From Janthinobacterium lividum (lineage in GTDB: Bacteria > Pseudomonadota > Gammaproteobacteria > Enterobacterales > Enterobacteriaceae), in NCBI GenBank assembly GCA_050954235.1, contig JBPBPJ010000050.1, forward strand, positions 3,974 through 67,973: a stretch of DNA of 64,000 bases, given 5' to 3'. Of this stretch, positions 31,493-43,417 are shown in pieces. A model generated the notes under the pieces. That model saw nothing but the letters and a program-made list of their open reading frames with translations, made no database searches and was not told the origin of the DNA. Both the position numbers and the translations under genes were made by a program. Position 1 is the stretch's first letter. Each line of letters opens with the position of its first letter.

Positions 31493-32929
31493 ATGATAAA
31501 TATTTTATTAAATAAATATAATCTTAAAAAACATGATATTTTTTTGTTGTTAGATAATATGTTAGAAAATAAAGTTGATTTTGGAGATATATATTTTCAA
31601 TTAAAAGAACAAGAAGCGTGGGTTTTAGATAATAAAATTATTAAACAAGGATCTTATTTTTATGATAAAGGTGTTGGAATACGAGCAGTAAAAGATATTT
31701 CTACTAGTTTTTCTTATACTAACTCTATTACGTTAAAAAATTTAATTTATTTTACTAACATGGTTTGTAATATGATTGTCAATACTAAAAATAATATTAT
31801 AAAAAAACAATTATATTCAAATTTTAAAAAAATATATACACAATGTAATCCTATTGATAACAATTATATTGAAAAAAAAATTTATATTTTAAATTATATT
31901 GATCGATTAGCTAGACAACAAGATAATAGAGTTACTGATGTTTATGCTGTATTAACATGTGAATATGAAGAAATTATAATTGGATCTACTGATAACAGGT
32001 CATTATCAAGTGATATTCGACCATTAATACACATTACTATCCAGGTAACAGTAGAGCAAAATAACAGTAGAGAACAAGGAACTAGTGGAGGAGGAGGTAG
32101 GTTTAAAATTAATGAATTTTTTAAAAAAAACACTAATAAAGGAACATTGATAGATACTTGGACTAAAGAAGCAGTTCGTATAGCGCTTATTTCTTTATTT
32201 GCAAAACCATCACCATCTGGTTTATTTCCAGTTATTTTAGGTCCTGGATGGCCCGGAATTTTATTTCATGAAGCAGTAGGACATGGATTAGAAGGAGATT
32301 TTATTCGAAAAAAAACCTCTATATTTTCTAAAAAAAAAGGACACAGAGTTGCTTCTACTTTATGTACTATTGTAGATGATGGAACGTTATATAGTAAACG
32401 AGGTTCTATTAATATAGATGATGAAGGGGTACCTGGTCAATATAATATTTTAATTGAAGATGGAATTTTAAAATCTTTTTTACAGGATAAATTAAATGCA
32501 CATATTATGAATAAAAAAAGTACAGGTAATGGTCGAAGAGAATCATATGCACATTTACCTATGCCTCGTATGACGAATACATATTTATTGGCTGGTACAG
32601 ATACTCCTGCTGATATTATAAACAGTGTTGATTATGGTATTTATGCTGTTAATTTTAGTGGAGGTCAGGTAGATATTACATCAGGAAATTTTGTTTTTTC
32701 TACTTCCGAGGCATATCTTATTAAAAATGGTAAAATTGTTTATCCTATAAAAGATGCTACATTAATTGGATTAGGAACAGAGGTAATGCAATCTATATCC
32801 ATGGTAGGAGATAATTTATGTATGGACGATGGAATAGGGAATTGTATAAAAAATGGACAGAATATTCCAGTAAATGTTGGTCAACCAACTATTAAAATAG
32901 ATCAGTTAACAATTGGCGGAACGTGTTAA
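31493..32929 (+). CDS. tldD: Metalloprotease TldD
   Basis: GPGWPGILFHEAVGHGLEGD, PMPRMTNT, GQVDIT, VGQPT. Confidence 0.96.
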   Translation: MINILLNKYNLKKHDIFLLLDNMLENKVDFGDIYFQLKEQEAWVLDNKIIKQGSYFYDKGVGIRAVKDISTSFSYTNSITLKNLIYFTNMVCNMIVNTKNNIIKKQLYSNFKKIYTQCNPIDNNYIEKKIYILNYIDRLARQQDNRVTDVYAVLTCEYEEIIIGSTDNRSLSSDIRPLIHITIQVTVEQNNSREQGTSGGGGRFKINEFFKKNTNKGTLIDTWTKEAVRIALISLFAKPSPSGLFPVILGPGWPGILFHEAVGHGLEGDFIRKKTSIFSKKKGHRVASTLCTIVDDGTLYSKRGSINIDDEGVPGQYNILIEDGILKSFLQDKLNAHIMNKKSTGNGRRESYAHLPMPRMTNTYLLAGTDTPADIINSVDYGIYAVNFSGGQVDITSGNFVFSTSEAYLIKNGKIVYPIKDATLIGLGTEVMQSISMVGDNLCMDDGIGNCIKNGQNIPVNVGQPTIKIDQLTIGGTC

Positions 32930-32950
32930 ATATATAATAAATATATATTG

Positions 32951-32978
32951 TGCAGTCAATTTTTGTATGATGACTGCA
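32951..32978. terminator. 8-bp hairpin between convergent tldD and rplS
   Basis: tgcagtca, 12-nt loop, tgactgca. Confidence 0.5.
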
Positions 32979-33045
32979 TGATTTATATGAAAGTAAATTA
33001 TTGTTATGTATGTAATTTATAATATATACGTATGTAGCATTATTT

Positions 33046-33393
33046 TTAATTTAAACGTTCTTTAATTCGTGCAGATTTTCCTTTTCGATATCGTAAATAA
33101 TATAATTTTGATCTTTTTACTAATCCTTTTTTTACAACTTTTATTTCATGTATATTTGGTGAATGTATTAAAAATTTTCTTTCTACACCTTCACCGTTAG
33201 ATATTTTTCGAACTGTAAATGAAGAATTAAGATTCCTATTTCTTTTTGCAATCACAATACCTTCAAATGACTGAAGGCGTTTTTTATTACCTTCTACTAT
33301 CCATGTTTTAATAACAATAGAATCACCTGAATTAAAAGACGGAATGTTTTTTTTTTTATATTTATTTTCTAAACTGTAAATATAATTGTTCAT
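33046..33393 (-). CDS. rplS: 50S ribosomal protein L19
   Basis: [26 protein letters not shown]. Confidence 0.97.
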   Translation of the reverse strand: MNNYIYSLENKYKKKNIPSFNSGDSIVIKTWIVEGNKKRLQSFEGIVIAKRNRNLNSSFTVRKISNGEGVERKFLIHSPNIHEIKVVKKGLVKRSKLYYLRYRKGKSARIKERLN

Positions 33394-33484
33394 ATTTTAA
33401 ATATCTCATATAATTGGTATGTAAAAATTTTATTTAGCTGTATTAAAATGATTTTTACTCTTATTACATTTCATCGTAGTGAAT

Positions 33485-34168
33485 TTATTCATTTATAAGA
33501 TTTGGTTTTTTTATTACAGTGTTCTTTAATGATTTTTTTAATCTCCACTGTTTTATTTTTTTATGATTTCCTGATAATAGAATTTTAGGTACACTAATAT
33601 TGTTTATTTTTCTTGGTCGTGTATAATGAGGACAATCTAATAAATTTTTAGAAAAAGTTTCATTTAATAAAGAATTTTGATTATTTAATACTCCGGGAAG
33701 TAATCGTGTAATTGCATCAATGAATATCATAGCTGGTAACTCTCCTCCAGTGAGGATATAATTACCTATAGACCATTCTTCATCTACCTGATTTTGTATA
33801 AATCGTTCATCAATACCCTGATAACGACCACAAATAAATATTAAGTGCTTGATGTTAAGAAAATGTTGAATATTTTTTTGATCCAATAATTTTCCTTGTG
33901 GAGATAAGTAAATTACTACACTATTTTTTTTGTAAATTTTTTTTATTTCTGTAACCGCTTTAAATAGTGGTAAAAACATAATTAACATTCCAGGACCTCC
34001 ACCATAGATTTTATCATCCACTTGTCTTCTTTTAATTGTACTAAAATTTCTTAGATTAAAAACATTAATGTTAATTATTTTATTTTTAATAGCTCGATTA
34101 ATAATTCCATATTGAAATATGTTATCAAACATTTTAGGAAAAATTGTAACAATACTAAATTGCATCAT
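33485..34168 (-). CDS. trmD: tRNA m1G37 methyltransferase TrmD
   Basis: VDDKIYGGGPGML, LSPQG, CGRYQGIDER, SIGNYILTGGE. Confidence 0.97.
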   Translation of the reverse strand: MMQFSIVTIFPKMFDNIFQYGIINRAIKNKIININVFNLRNFSTIKRRQVDDKIYGGGPGMLIMFLPLFKAVTEIKKIYKKNSVVIYLSPQGKLLDQKNIQHFLNIKHLIFICGRYQGIDERFIQNQVDEEWSIGNYILTGGELPAMIFIDAITRLLPGVLNNQNSLLNETFSKNLLDCPHYTRPRKINNISVPKILLSGNHKKIKQWRLKKSLKNTVIKKPNLINE

Positions 34169-34195
34169 TTTTTATCTTCTTGAATAAATCTATTT

Positions 34196-34699
34196 TTATT
34201 CACATGAATCCCAATTAATAATAATAATTTTATTTTTTATGTCTATTTTTTTAATAATATTGGGTTGTATAAATGGAACATATATATTTTTGTTTTTTTT
34301 AAAATTAAATATTTTTAAGATATTATAAATTTTATTGTCTAATATTTGTTTTACTAAACCTATTATTTCTTTTTCTATATTAAAAATTTTACATAATAAA
34401 ATGTTATTCCAATAGTATTCATGTTTTTGTAATTTAGGTAATTTAGTAGATTTCATTAATATATTTTGGTTAGCTATAGAATGAGCCTGTGTTCTATTAT
34501 ATAAGTTATCTATTTTTACTAAAAAGTGATTTGCATGGTTTTTATATCTAATAATATTTTTTTTATAAACATACATATTTGATTTTTCTAATTTCCACGG
34601 AAAGTAACAAAAAATATTTTCTTTTTTTTCTGTATATGAATGGATATGTATCCATCCTAAAATTCCATATGGATGTCCTATTTTTCCAATAATAATCAT
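34196..34699 (-). CDS. rimM: Ribosome maturation factor RimM
   Basis: IGKIGHPYGILGW, EYYW; position in the rpsP-rimM-trmD-rplS operon. Confidence 0.93.
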   Translation of the reverse strand: MIIIGKIGHPYGILGWIHIHSYTEKKENIFCYFPWKLEKSNMYVYKKNIIRYKNHANHFLVKIDNLYNRTQAHSIANQNILMKSTKLPKLQKHEYYWNNILLCKIFNIEKEIIGLVKQILDNKIYNILKIFNFKKNKNIYVPFIQPNIIKKIDIKNKIIIINWDSCE

Positions 34700-34713
34700 G
34701 ATTTATAATTATT

Positions 34714-34971
34714 CTATTTATGACATATGTTTTTTATATGTTCTATTAATAATTTTTCAAATCGTGATGATTTTTGAGCTCCTTTTTTTATCCAAAAATT
34801 AACCCTATCAGTGGATAAATTTATTTTTTTTTCATTTTTTTTAGCAAAGGGATTAAAATATCCTATACGTTCAATAAATTTTCCATTTCGAGCAGATCTT
34901 ACGTCAGATACTATAATTTGATAAAATGGTTTTTTTTTGGCTCCGTGTCGCGCTAGTCTGATTTTTATCAT
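34714..34971 (-). CDS. rpsP: 30S ribosomal protein S16
   Basis: MIKIRLARHGAKKKPFY...RNGKFIERIGYFNP. Confidence 0.97.
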   Translation of the reverse strand: MIKIRLARHGAKKKPFYQIIVSDVRSARNGKFIERIGYFNPFAKKNEKKINLSTDRVNFWIKKGAQKSSRFEKLLIEHIKNICHK

Positions 34972-35048
34972 ACAATTTTTCTCTTATATTGAAAAAAGTT
35001 ATTTTAGTTATTCAATTTGTTTTTAAAGTATAACAAATATGATTGATA

Positions 35049-36395
35049 TTATTTTATCAGATAATTTTTAATTTTTTCAAATATTTTGTTTTTTTTGTTT
35101 TTATTTAGATTTTTCATGACGTTTTTCATGTTTTCGAACTTTTTTAAATAAATATTAATTTCCTGCATAGTAATCCCAGAGCCTTTGGAAATTCTTTTTT
35201 TTCTAGAATATTTTATAATGGATGGTGTTTCTTTTTCTTTTTCGGTCATGGACTGAATCATAGCTTCAATTTTTATGAAAGATTCTTTATTAATATTATT
35301 TAACATAGAGTTATTGTTAATAATATTAATAGGTAATTTATGTATTAATGATTCAACGCCTCCTATTTTTTTTATTTGTTTAATTTGTACAAGAAAATCA
35401 TTTAGATTGAAAGTATTTCCTTTCTTAGTAGTTTTTTTCATTAAATCTAGTTCTTTATCTTTAATTTTATTTTTAATATCATCTATTAAAGATAATACAT
35501 CTCCCATACCCAAAATTCTTTTAGCAATTCTTTCGGGGTGAAAAATTTGTAAATCATAAATCGTTTCTCCAACACCAATGTATTTAATTGGAATTTTTGT
35601 TAAAGCTCTTACTGATAACGCTACTCCTCCTCGTGTATCACTATCTAGTTTTGTTAATATAATTCCTGATAATGTAAATATTTTATTAAATTTTTTAATT
35701 GCATTAACAGAATCTTGTCCAGCCATAGAATCTATAACGAATAATGTTTCATGTGATTGAGTATAATTTTGTACTTTTTCTATTTCTTTTATTTTTGAGT
35801 GGTTAGTATGTATTTGTCCAGCTGTATCTATTAATAGAACATCATATTTTTTTTTCTTAGCCGTATTTATTGCTAACTTAATTATTTCTATAATTTTTTG
35901 ATTACAGTTAGACTGAAAAAAATTAGCTTTAGTTTTTTGTATTAATCTTTTTAATTGTAGAATAGCTGCAGGTCTATATATATCTATAGAAACTACCAAT
36001 ATTTTTTTTTTATACTTTTTTGACAATAAATGAGCTAACTTGGCAGTACTTGTGGTTTTACCAGATCCTGGTTGACCAATAATAGTACAAACAGTTAATT
36101 GATTTGATAAAAAATTAAATAAGTAACTTTTACTTCCCATTATTTTAGTTAATTCATATAACACTATTTTTATTAAATTTTGACTAGGACTAAAGTTTTT
36201 GTTTATATATGCTTCTGATATTTTTGATTTTATTTTTTTTAAAAATATGTTCACAATTATTAATGATACATCCGCATCTAATAATGCTAATTTTATTTTA
36301 CGCAATGTTTCTTTTATTTTTTTTTCTTTTAGATGACTTTGATGAGAAATATTTTCAAAAATATTAGTTATTTTTTTTGTTAGACTATTAAACAT
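35049..36395 (-). CDS. ffh: Signal recognition particle protein Ffh
   Basis: GSGKTT, DIYRPAA, DTAG, TKLD, RILGMGD, M-domain SRKKRI. Start moved to ATG 36395. Confidence 0.96.
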   Translation of the reverse strand: MFNSLTKKITNIFENISHQSHLKEKKIKETLRKIKLALLDADVSLIIVNIFLKKIKSKISEAYINKNFSPSQNLIKIVLYELTKIMGSKSYLFNFLSNQLTVCTIIGQPGSGKTTSTAKLAHLLSKKYKKKILVVSIDIYRPAAILQLKRLIQKTKANFFQSNCNQKIIEIIKLAINTAKKKKYDVLLIDTAGQIHTNHSKIKEIEKVQNYTQSHETLFVIDSMAGQDSVNAIKKFNKIFTLSGIILTKLDSDTRGGVALSVRALTKIPIKYIGVGETIYDLQIFHPERIAKRILGMGDVLSLIDDIKNKIKDKELDLMKKTTKKGNTFNLNDFLVQIKQIKKIGGVESLIHKLPINIINNNSMLNNINKESFIKIEAMIQSMTEKEKETPSIIKYSRKKRISKGSGITMQEINIYLKKFENMKNVMKNLNKNKKNKIFEKIKNYLIK

Positions 36396-36481
36396 AATAA
36401 TAATAAATATCCTTGTGTCAGTAATATTTGAATGTAATAATATCAAAATTTATAGTTATGAAAAGAAAACATTAAAATTGA

Positions 36482-37636
36482 TTAAAATAGTTTGGTTATG
36501 TTTTTCTCAACAGGGTAACAGCCTAAAACTTTTATATTTTCTGCATATTTCTTGATAAAGTATAAAGTTTCTTGTGTGATTTTAGAAAAAAAATTTTCCA
36601 CTACTTCTATTAGATATGTTTTTGTTGTTTCATTAACCATGTTTGTTTCTAAAATTATGTTAGTAATTTTGATTTTTCTTTTTTTGAATATTTTTTTTAT
36701 TTTTATAAAATTTTCTGGATTATTATTTAAGGTTATAAGGATAGTAGTTTTTACTGGTATTTTTTTTGTTATTTTTTGTTTTTTTTTAGAAATTAATATA
36801 AATTTAGTAATATTATTTTCTATATTAGAAATATTAGCTGCTATTTTTTGTAAATTATAGTAAGAACCACCTATAGAGCTTCCAATTACAGCAGAGTTTT
36901 TTTTATTGTCTAAAGAGAGTTTTTTCATACCTTCAGAAGTACTGTTAAAATATTTTTTTTTCCATTCTGGAAATTTTTCTAAAAATATACTACATTGTTT
37001 AAATGGTTGTATATGGCTATATACTTTTTTAATATTATAAAAAAAACAATTTTTTACTGTAAACAAGTGATGTTGAATTGTCGCATAAATTTCTTTTACT
37101 ATATATATTTTATTTTGTTTTTTTAGTATCTCATATACTTCTGGAATAATTCCTGATATTCTATTTTCAAAAGGTAATAGTGCTACATCACAACGATGAT
37201 CATTTAAAGATTTAATGATAGAATTAAAATTAGTATGTTCATGTGCAAGAAAAAAATTTTTTTTGTTTTTAGATAAATTATCAAAAACTTCAGATGAATA
37301 CGAACCAATTGGACCTAAGTAAGCACAAAAACGTTTTTTGGGGTTATTTTTTATTTTTTTTTTGTGTTCTTTTTGAATGAGGATTGAATTATTAACAATT
37401 ATTTCAAATATTTTTTGTATGAATTCTGGATTTATTTTGTTTTTTTGGCTTAGTTGATATAAATTGTTAAATAGTTCTATTTCACGATTTTTGTCTCGAA
37501 TATCAAGTTTATTATGTATTTTATTTCGTAAAATATCTATAGATAGAGATTCTCGAAATGATAATAATTTGATTATTTTATGGTCAACATTGTTAATTTG
37601 ACTTCTCAATAATTGTAATGTATTTTTCTTGTCCAT
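36482..37636 (-). CDS. pheA: Bifunctional chorismate mutase / prephenate dehydratase
   Basis: LRSQINNVD..IIKLL..R (AroQ-type CM), YLGPIGSYS, PFENRISG, YSHIQPFKQC, TKF, VLGCYP. Confidence 0.95.
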   Translation of the reverse strand: MDKKNTLQLLRSQINNVDHKIIKLLSFRESLSIDILRNKIHNKLDIRDKNREIELFNNLYQLSQKNKINPEFIQKIFEIIVNNSILIQKEHKKKIKNNPKKRFCAYLGPIGSYSSEVFDNLSKNKKNFFLAHEHTNFNSIIKSLNDHRCDVALLPFENRISGIIPEVYEILKKQNKIYIVKEIYATIQHHLFTVKNCFFYNIKKVYSHIQPFKQCSIFLEKFPEWKKKYFNSTSEGMKKLSLDNKKNSAVIGSSIGGSYYNLQKIAANISNIENNITKFILISKKKQKITKKIPVKTTILITLNNNPENFIKIKKIFKKRKIKITNIILETNMVNETTKTYLIEVVENFFSKITQETLYFIKKYAENIKVLGCYPVEKNITKLF

Positions 37637-37791
37637 GTTATTAACTCTTATTTAATTAGTTTAAAATATTTGATTATAAATAAAATTGTATAAATATTTA
37701 TTGTATATACAAATAATGTCTATAGTTTTTTTGCATGCCAAACAAATAAATTTTTTAATTTTTAAATTATATATTTAAGGTGAAATTTATC

Positions 37792-38220
37792 ATGAAAAGT
37801 TTTTCAGCTAATTCGAATAAAATTATAAAGTCTTGGTATTACGTTGACGGAACAAATAAAATATTAGGTCGCTTAGCAACTAAAATATCTACGCTCTTAC
37901 GAGGAAAACATAAACCCGAATATACTCCCCATGCAGATATTGGTGATTATATCATAGTTATAAACGCATCAAAAATAATTGTTACAGGAAAAAAATCAAT
38001 TAATAAATTTTATTATCATCATACTGGATATGTAGGCGGAATCAAGAAATATACTTTTCAGTATATGTTGTCACATCATCCAGAAAGAATACTTGAAAGG
38101 GCTGTTAAAGGAATGCTACCAAAAAGTTCTCTTGGTAGATTAATTTTTAAAAAATTAAAGGTATTTCCGTTGCATGAACATAATTTAAGTGCACAAAAAC
38201 CAATTTTTTTAAATATTTAA
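37792..38220 (+). CDS. rplM: 50S ribosomal protein L13
   Basis: LGRLAT...[33 protein letters not shown]. Confidence 0.98.
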   Translation: MKSFSANSNKIIKSWYYVDGTNKILGRLATKISTLLRGKHKPEYTPHADIGDYIIVINASKIIVTGKKSINKFYYHHTGYVGGIKKYTFQYMLSHHPERILERAVKGMLPKSSLGRLIFKKLKVFPLHEHNLSAQKPIFLNI

Positions 38221-38247
38221 TATATATAAAACATTAGGATATATATT

Positions 38248-38640
38248 ATGTCTGAACATATAAATTACGGTACAGGTCGTCGTAAGTCTTCTTCTGCGCG
38301 TGTTTTTTTACGTAAAGGAAAAGGAAAAATTTGTATTAATAAACGTTCTTTAAAAGAATATTTTGGTAGAAAAACAGCGTGTATGATAGTTCAACAACCT
38401 TTAGATTTAGTAAATATGTTGGATATATTTGATTTTTATATTACCGTCAAAGGCGGTGGAATATCTGGTCAAGCAGGAGCAATTCGTCAGGGTATTACTC
38501 GTGCATTAATACAATATGATAATACATTGCGAGGAGTGCTACGTAAAGAAGGTTTTGTAACTCGTGATTCAAGACAAGTTGAACGTAAAAAATATGGTTT
38601 TCGCAAATCTAGAAAAAAAACTCAGTTTTCTAAAAGATAG
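38248..38640 (+). CDS. rpsI: 30S ribosomal protein S9
   Basis: [30 protein letters not shown]. Confidence 0.98.
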   Translation: MSEHINYGTGRRKSSSARVFLRKGKGKICINKRSLKEYFGRKTACMIVQQPLDLVNMLDIFDFYITVKGGGISGQAGAIRQGITRALIQYDNTLRGVLRKEGFVTRDSRQVERKKYGFRKSRKKTQFSKR

Positions 38641-38653
38641 TGTTTTTGTATAG

Positions 38654-38690
38654 TAAAGAAATCCCGGTTTTTTTAATCCGGGTTTCTTTA
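38654..38690. terminator. Bidirectional terminator-like hairpin between convergent rpsI and obgE
   Basis: taaagaaa(t)cccgg ... ccgggtttcttta: 13-bp stem with one bulge and A/T tails on both sides. Confidence 0.7.
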
Positions 38691-38766
38691 TAATTAAAAT
38701 TAAGGCATATATAAAAATATATTTTTTATGTGATTCTACTATTTCTGTTTACAGAAAATGGATTTT

Positions 38767-40129
<1,363 letters not shown>

Positions 40130-40138
40130 TTTTATACC

Positions 40139-40465
40139 TTATAGAGTAGAATTTTTGCATGTTATATTTTTTATTTTTACATCTGTGTAATATTGTCTAT
40201 GTCCTTGATTTTTTTTATAATGTTTACGACGATTAAATTTTATAATTTTTATTTTTTTATGTCTTCCGTGTTGATGTATTAACCCTTCTACATAAACATT
40301 ATTGAGTATAGGTTGTCCAATAGATATTTTCGTATTATCGGATAATAATATTATTTTTTCAAATATTATTGTTGTTCCGATATTTATGTTGATTTTTTCT
40401 AATCTAACTATGTCACCAGATTTTGCTTTATACTGTGTATTACGGTCTAAAAATATAGCGTACAT
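40139..40465 (-). CDS. rplU: 50S ribosomal protein L21
   Basis: MYAIF...[21 protein letters not shown]. Confidence 0.96.
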   Translation of the reverse strand: MYAIFLDRNTQYKAKSGDIVRLEKININIGTTIIFEKIILLSDNTKISIGQPILNNVYVEGLIHQHGRHKKIKIIKFNRRKHYKKNQGHRQYYTDVKIKNITCKNSTL

Positions 40466-41110
40466 GATTTTTTCTCTATATATTATATTTTAATAATGAA
40501 AAATTTTATTTATTATGATATCTATCTTTAGTATTTAATATTTTTTATATTTTATTTTTATAAAATATAAAAAATTAAAATGTATTTTTTAAAAATTAAA
40601 TGATACTATAATTGTATAAAAATTATATAGATTTTTATAAAAATTTACATTATAAGGATTAATGATATATGTGTAATACATGAATTTAATGTTTTTAGAA
40701 ATTATTTTTATTAAAATATTTGTTATTAATATTAATTAATATGAATATATTTTTATTATTTTAAGTGTTTTTTATTAAAAGTATATTTAATATATAAATA
40801 TATGTACGTATATAATTTATGTAATTATATGATAACACATTGATTTCTATGTATAATACAATTATTAAAAAAATATAGTTGTAATATTAAAAATATAAAT
40901 ATAATATTTCATGAAATTTTCTTTCTTTTATTTTTGAATAACACTAATGTTTTACTAAAAAATTTTTTATATTTTGAGTTAATCATAGCATAAATTCTTA
41001 AAATATATTTTGTATTAATATTTTAATTAATTAAGTAATGTTATATATAAAATTTTGTTTTTTTAATTTATATTTTGTAAAAATTTTTATATGAGCATAT
41101 AGTTTATTTT

Positions 41111-41356
41111 TTATGGTTTTTTTTTTTGATTCCATTCAGATATAGTATATGTTTGAATTTGTATCGCATGGATTTTTTTAGTTAAAAAATATGGCATTAA
41201 TATTTTATATATAGATTTTTGTCTTTTTAACGAATTCATTCCTATAAACGAATCTCCTATAGCAGTAATTAAAACATGATTATTATGGTTTGATATTAAT
41301 ACTTTTTTTAGATTTAATTGATTTTTAATAGTACATTGAATTTTATCTAACTGCAT
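41111..41356 (-). CDS. ibaG: BolA-family protein IbaG (YrbA)
   Basis: NHV.ITAIGDSF.GMNSLKRQKSIY..L...IHAIQI.TYT..EW, typical of BolA. Confidence 0.88.
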   Translation of the reverse strand: MQLDKIQCTIKNQLNLKKVLISNHNNHVLITAIGDSFIGMNSLKRQKSIYKILMPYFLTKKIHAIQIQTYTISEWNQKKKP

Positions 41357-41817
41357 TTTTATTACTCTATAGTTATATTTTAGTTGATATAAAAATTAAT
41401 TTTTTTTATTTATGTTTATAATTTTTATGTTTTTTATTGTATGACTAACTTAGTTATATTGATATAATATTTTTTATATATCATGTTTTTATAAAAAATA
41501 TTTTTATTGATAATTGTAATTTTTGAGAAACTGTTTTTAAAAATATATTAAAAATTTTTTTTTCATTTTTTATAAAAAATTATTTTTCTATATTTTTTGT
41601 ACTTTATTTTTTATAAAAATAATTTTTTATATTATTAAATCATCTATTTGGGATAAATATATATATAATTATTTATTATATAATATAATACTAACATAGT
41701 ATCATATACTAAATATGATTTATAATATTTTTATATGGTTTGTTTTGTAATTACATCGTAATATGCAAATTATGTATATAAATTAGATTTCATTTTTTAT
41801 GTTAATGTAAAGGAGTA

Positions 41818-42303
41818 ATGGGCTTGTTTAAAAAAGTTCCAATGACATTACGGGGTTTTAATAAACTTAAATCTGAATTAAATAAATTAAAATATGTTAC
41901 ACGACCTTTAATTGTAGAAGCAATTTCTAATGCTCGGCAGTTAGGTGATCTAAAAGAAAATGCAGAGTATCATGCGGCTCGTGAAGAACAGAGTTTTTGT
42001 GAAAATAAAATTTGTGAAATTGAAAATAAGTTATTATTTTCAGAAATTATTGATGTTACCAAAATACCTTTTCGAGGTGTTGTTATTTTTGGAGCTACAG
42101 TAACGGTATTACAAATATATAGTAATAATACTTTCGTGTATACTATTGTTGGTGATGACGAAGCAAATTGTAAAGAATATTCCATTTCTGTTTACTCACC
42201 TATGTCTCGAGCATTAATTGGAAGAAAAAAGAACGATATAATTACAGTAAGTACTCCTACAGGTTTAGTAGAATATTTAATTAAAAAAATTGAATATATT
42301 TAA
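41818..42303 (+). CDS. greA: Transcription elongation factor GreA
   Basis: PMTLRG, GDLKENAEYHAAREEQ, ISVYSPMSRALIG. Confidence 0.97.
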   Translation: MGLFKKVPMTLRGFNKLKSELNKLKYVTRPLIVEAISNARQLGDLKENAEYHAAREEQSFCENKICEIENKLLFSEIIDVTKIPFRGVVIFGATVTVLQIYSNNTFVYTIVGDDEANCKEYSISVYSPMSRALIGRKKNDIITVSTPTGLVEYLIKKIEYI

Positions 42304-42593
42304 AATATATAATGTTTAATCTTAAAATATATATTTTTTTTGTTAATTTTTTTTTAAAATATTGATTTTTTACAGTAAGATGTATTTTAATAATTTAAAT
42401 AATTTTATTATATATAAAAATTTTTATTTTCTATAAATATGTTTTATATAATAATTTTTATAAACGGTATGTATGTTGACATCTTTAATAAAATTTATAT
42501 TTATAATACATTCATAAATTATTTTAAAAATTTTAAATTAAATCAATATATGTAATTTTTTATATGTTTATATTGTGCATTTTTATAAAAATT

Positions 42594-43229
42594 ATGATTA
42601 TAAAAAAAAAATCAAAAAATTCTAATAATTGGTCAAGTAAATATTTTACAGATCCGTATATACGAGAGAGAAATAAAAAAAATTTAAGATCTAGAGCATG
42701 GTTTAAATTAAAGGAAATTAATGAATCAGAAAAAATTTTTAATATTGGAATGAAAGTGATAGATTTAGGATCTAATCCCGGAGGTTGGTCAGAATATGCT
42801 CTTCAAAAAATTGGAAATTCAGGAATTATTTTTGCATATGATATTTTACCAATGCATCCGCTAAAAAATGTTACTTTTTTTCATGAGGATGTTACTGATA
42901 TTCATATTCAAAAAAAAATTTTTTTTAATTTAAAAAAAAATTCTTGGAATGTTGTTATGTCTGACATGTCTCCTAATATTAGTGGTTGTTCTATCGTAGA
43001 TAACGCTAATATGTTTAAATTGAATGATGTTGCTTTAAAAATTTCTATGTATGTATTATTAAAAAACGGATGTCTGATAATGAAGTTGTTTCAAGGTTAT
43101 GGATTTAAAATGTATATAAAAAAAATTTGTGATTTTTTCAAATTAGTAAAAATTTACAAACCACGTTCTTCTCGTTTTAATTCTCGAGAAGTGTTTATTA
43201 TAGCTCGCGGAGTTAAAAATAATTTGTGA
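42594..43229 (+). CDS. rlmE: 23S rRNA Um2552 methyltransferase RlmE (FtsJ)
   Basis: LRSRAWFKL, DLGSNPGGW, SDMSP, KLFQG, SREV (K-D-K-E tetrad). Start is uncertain, 42564 or 42594. Confidence 0.95.
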   Translation: MIIKKKSKNSNNWSSKYFTDPYIRERNKKNLRSRAWFKLKEINESEKIFNIGMKVIDLGSNPGGWSEYALQKIGNSGIIFAYDILPMHPLKNVTFFHEDVTDIHIQKKIFFNLKKNSWNVVMSDMSPNISGCSIVDNANMFKLNDVALKISMYVLLKNGCLIMKLFQGYGFKMYIKKICDFFKLVKIYKPRSSRFNSREVFIIARGVKNNL

Positions 43230-43417
43230 TGTTGTAATATTTATTTACAGTAGTTTATTGTTTGTTGATATAATTAAAATTTAATTTTCTTGATTTTTTA
43301 GTCGTATAGGTATTGTTATTTTAAAATGTATATAGATATACTATATATAATATTTAATATAATTATGTGTTTTTTTAATTGAAGTTAGTATAAATAAAAT
43401 TTTTAATATATTTATTA

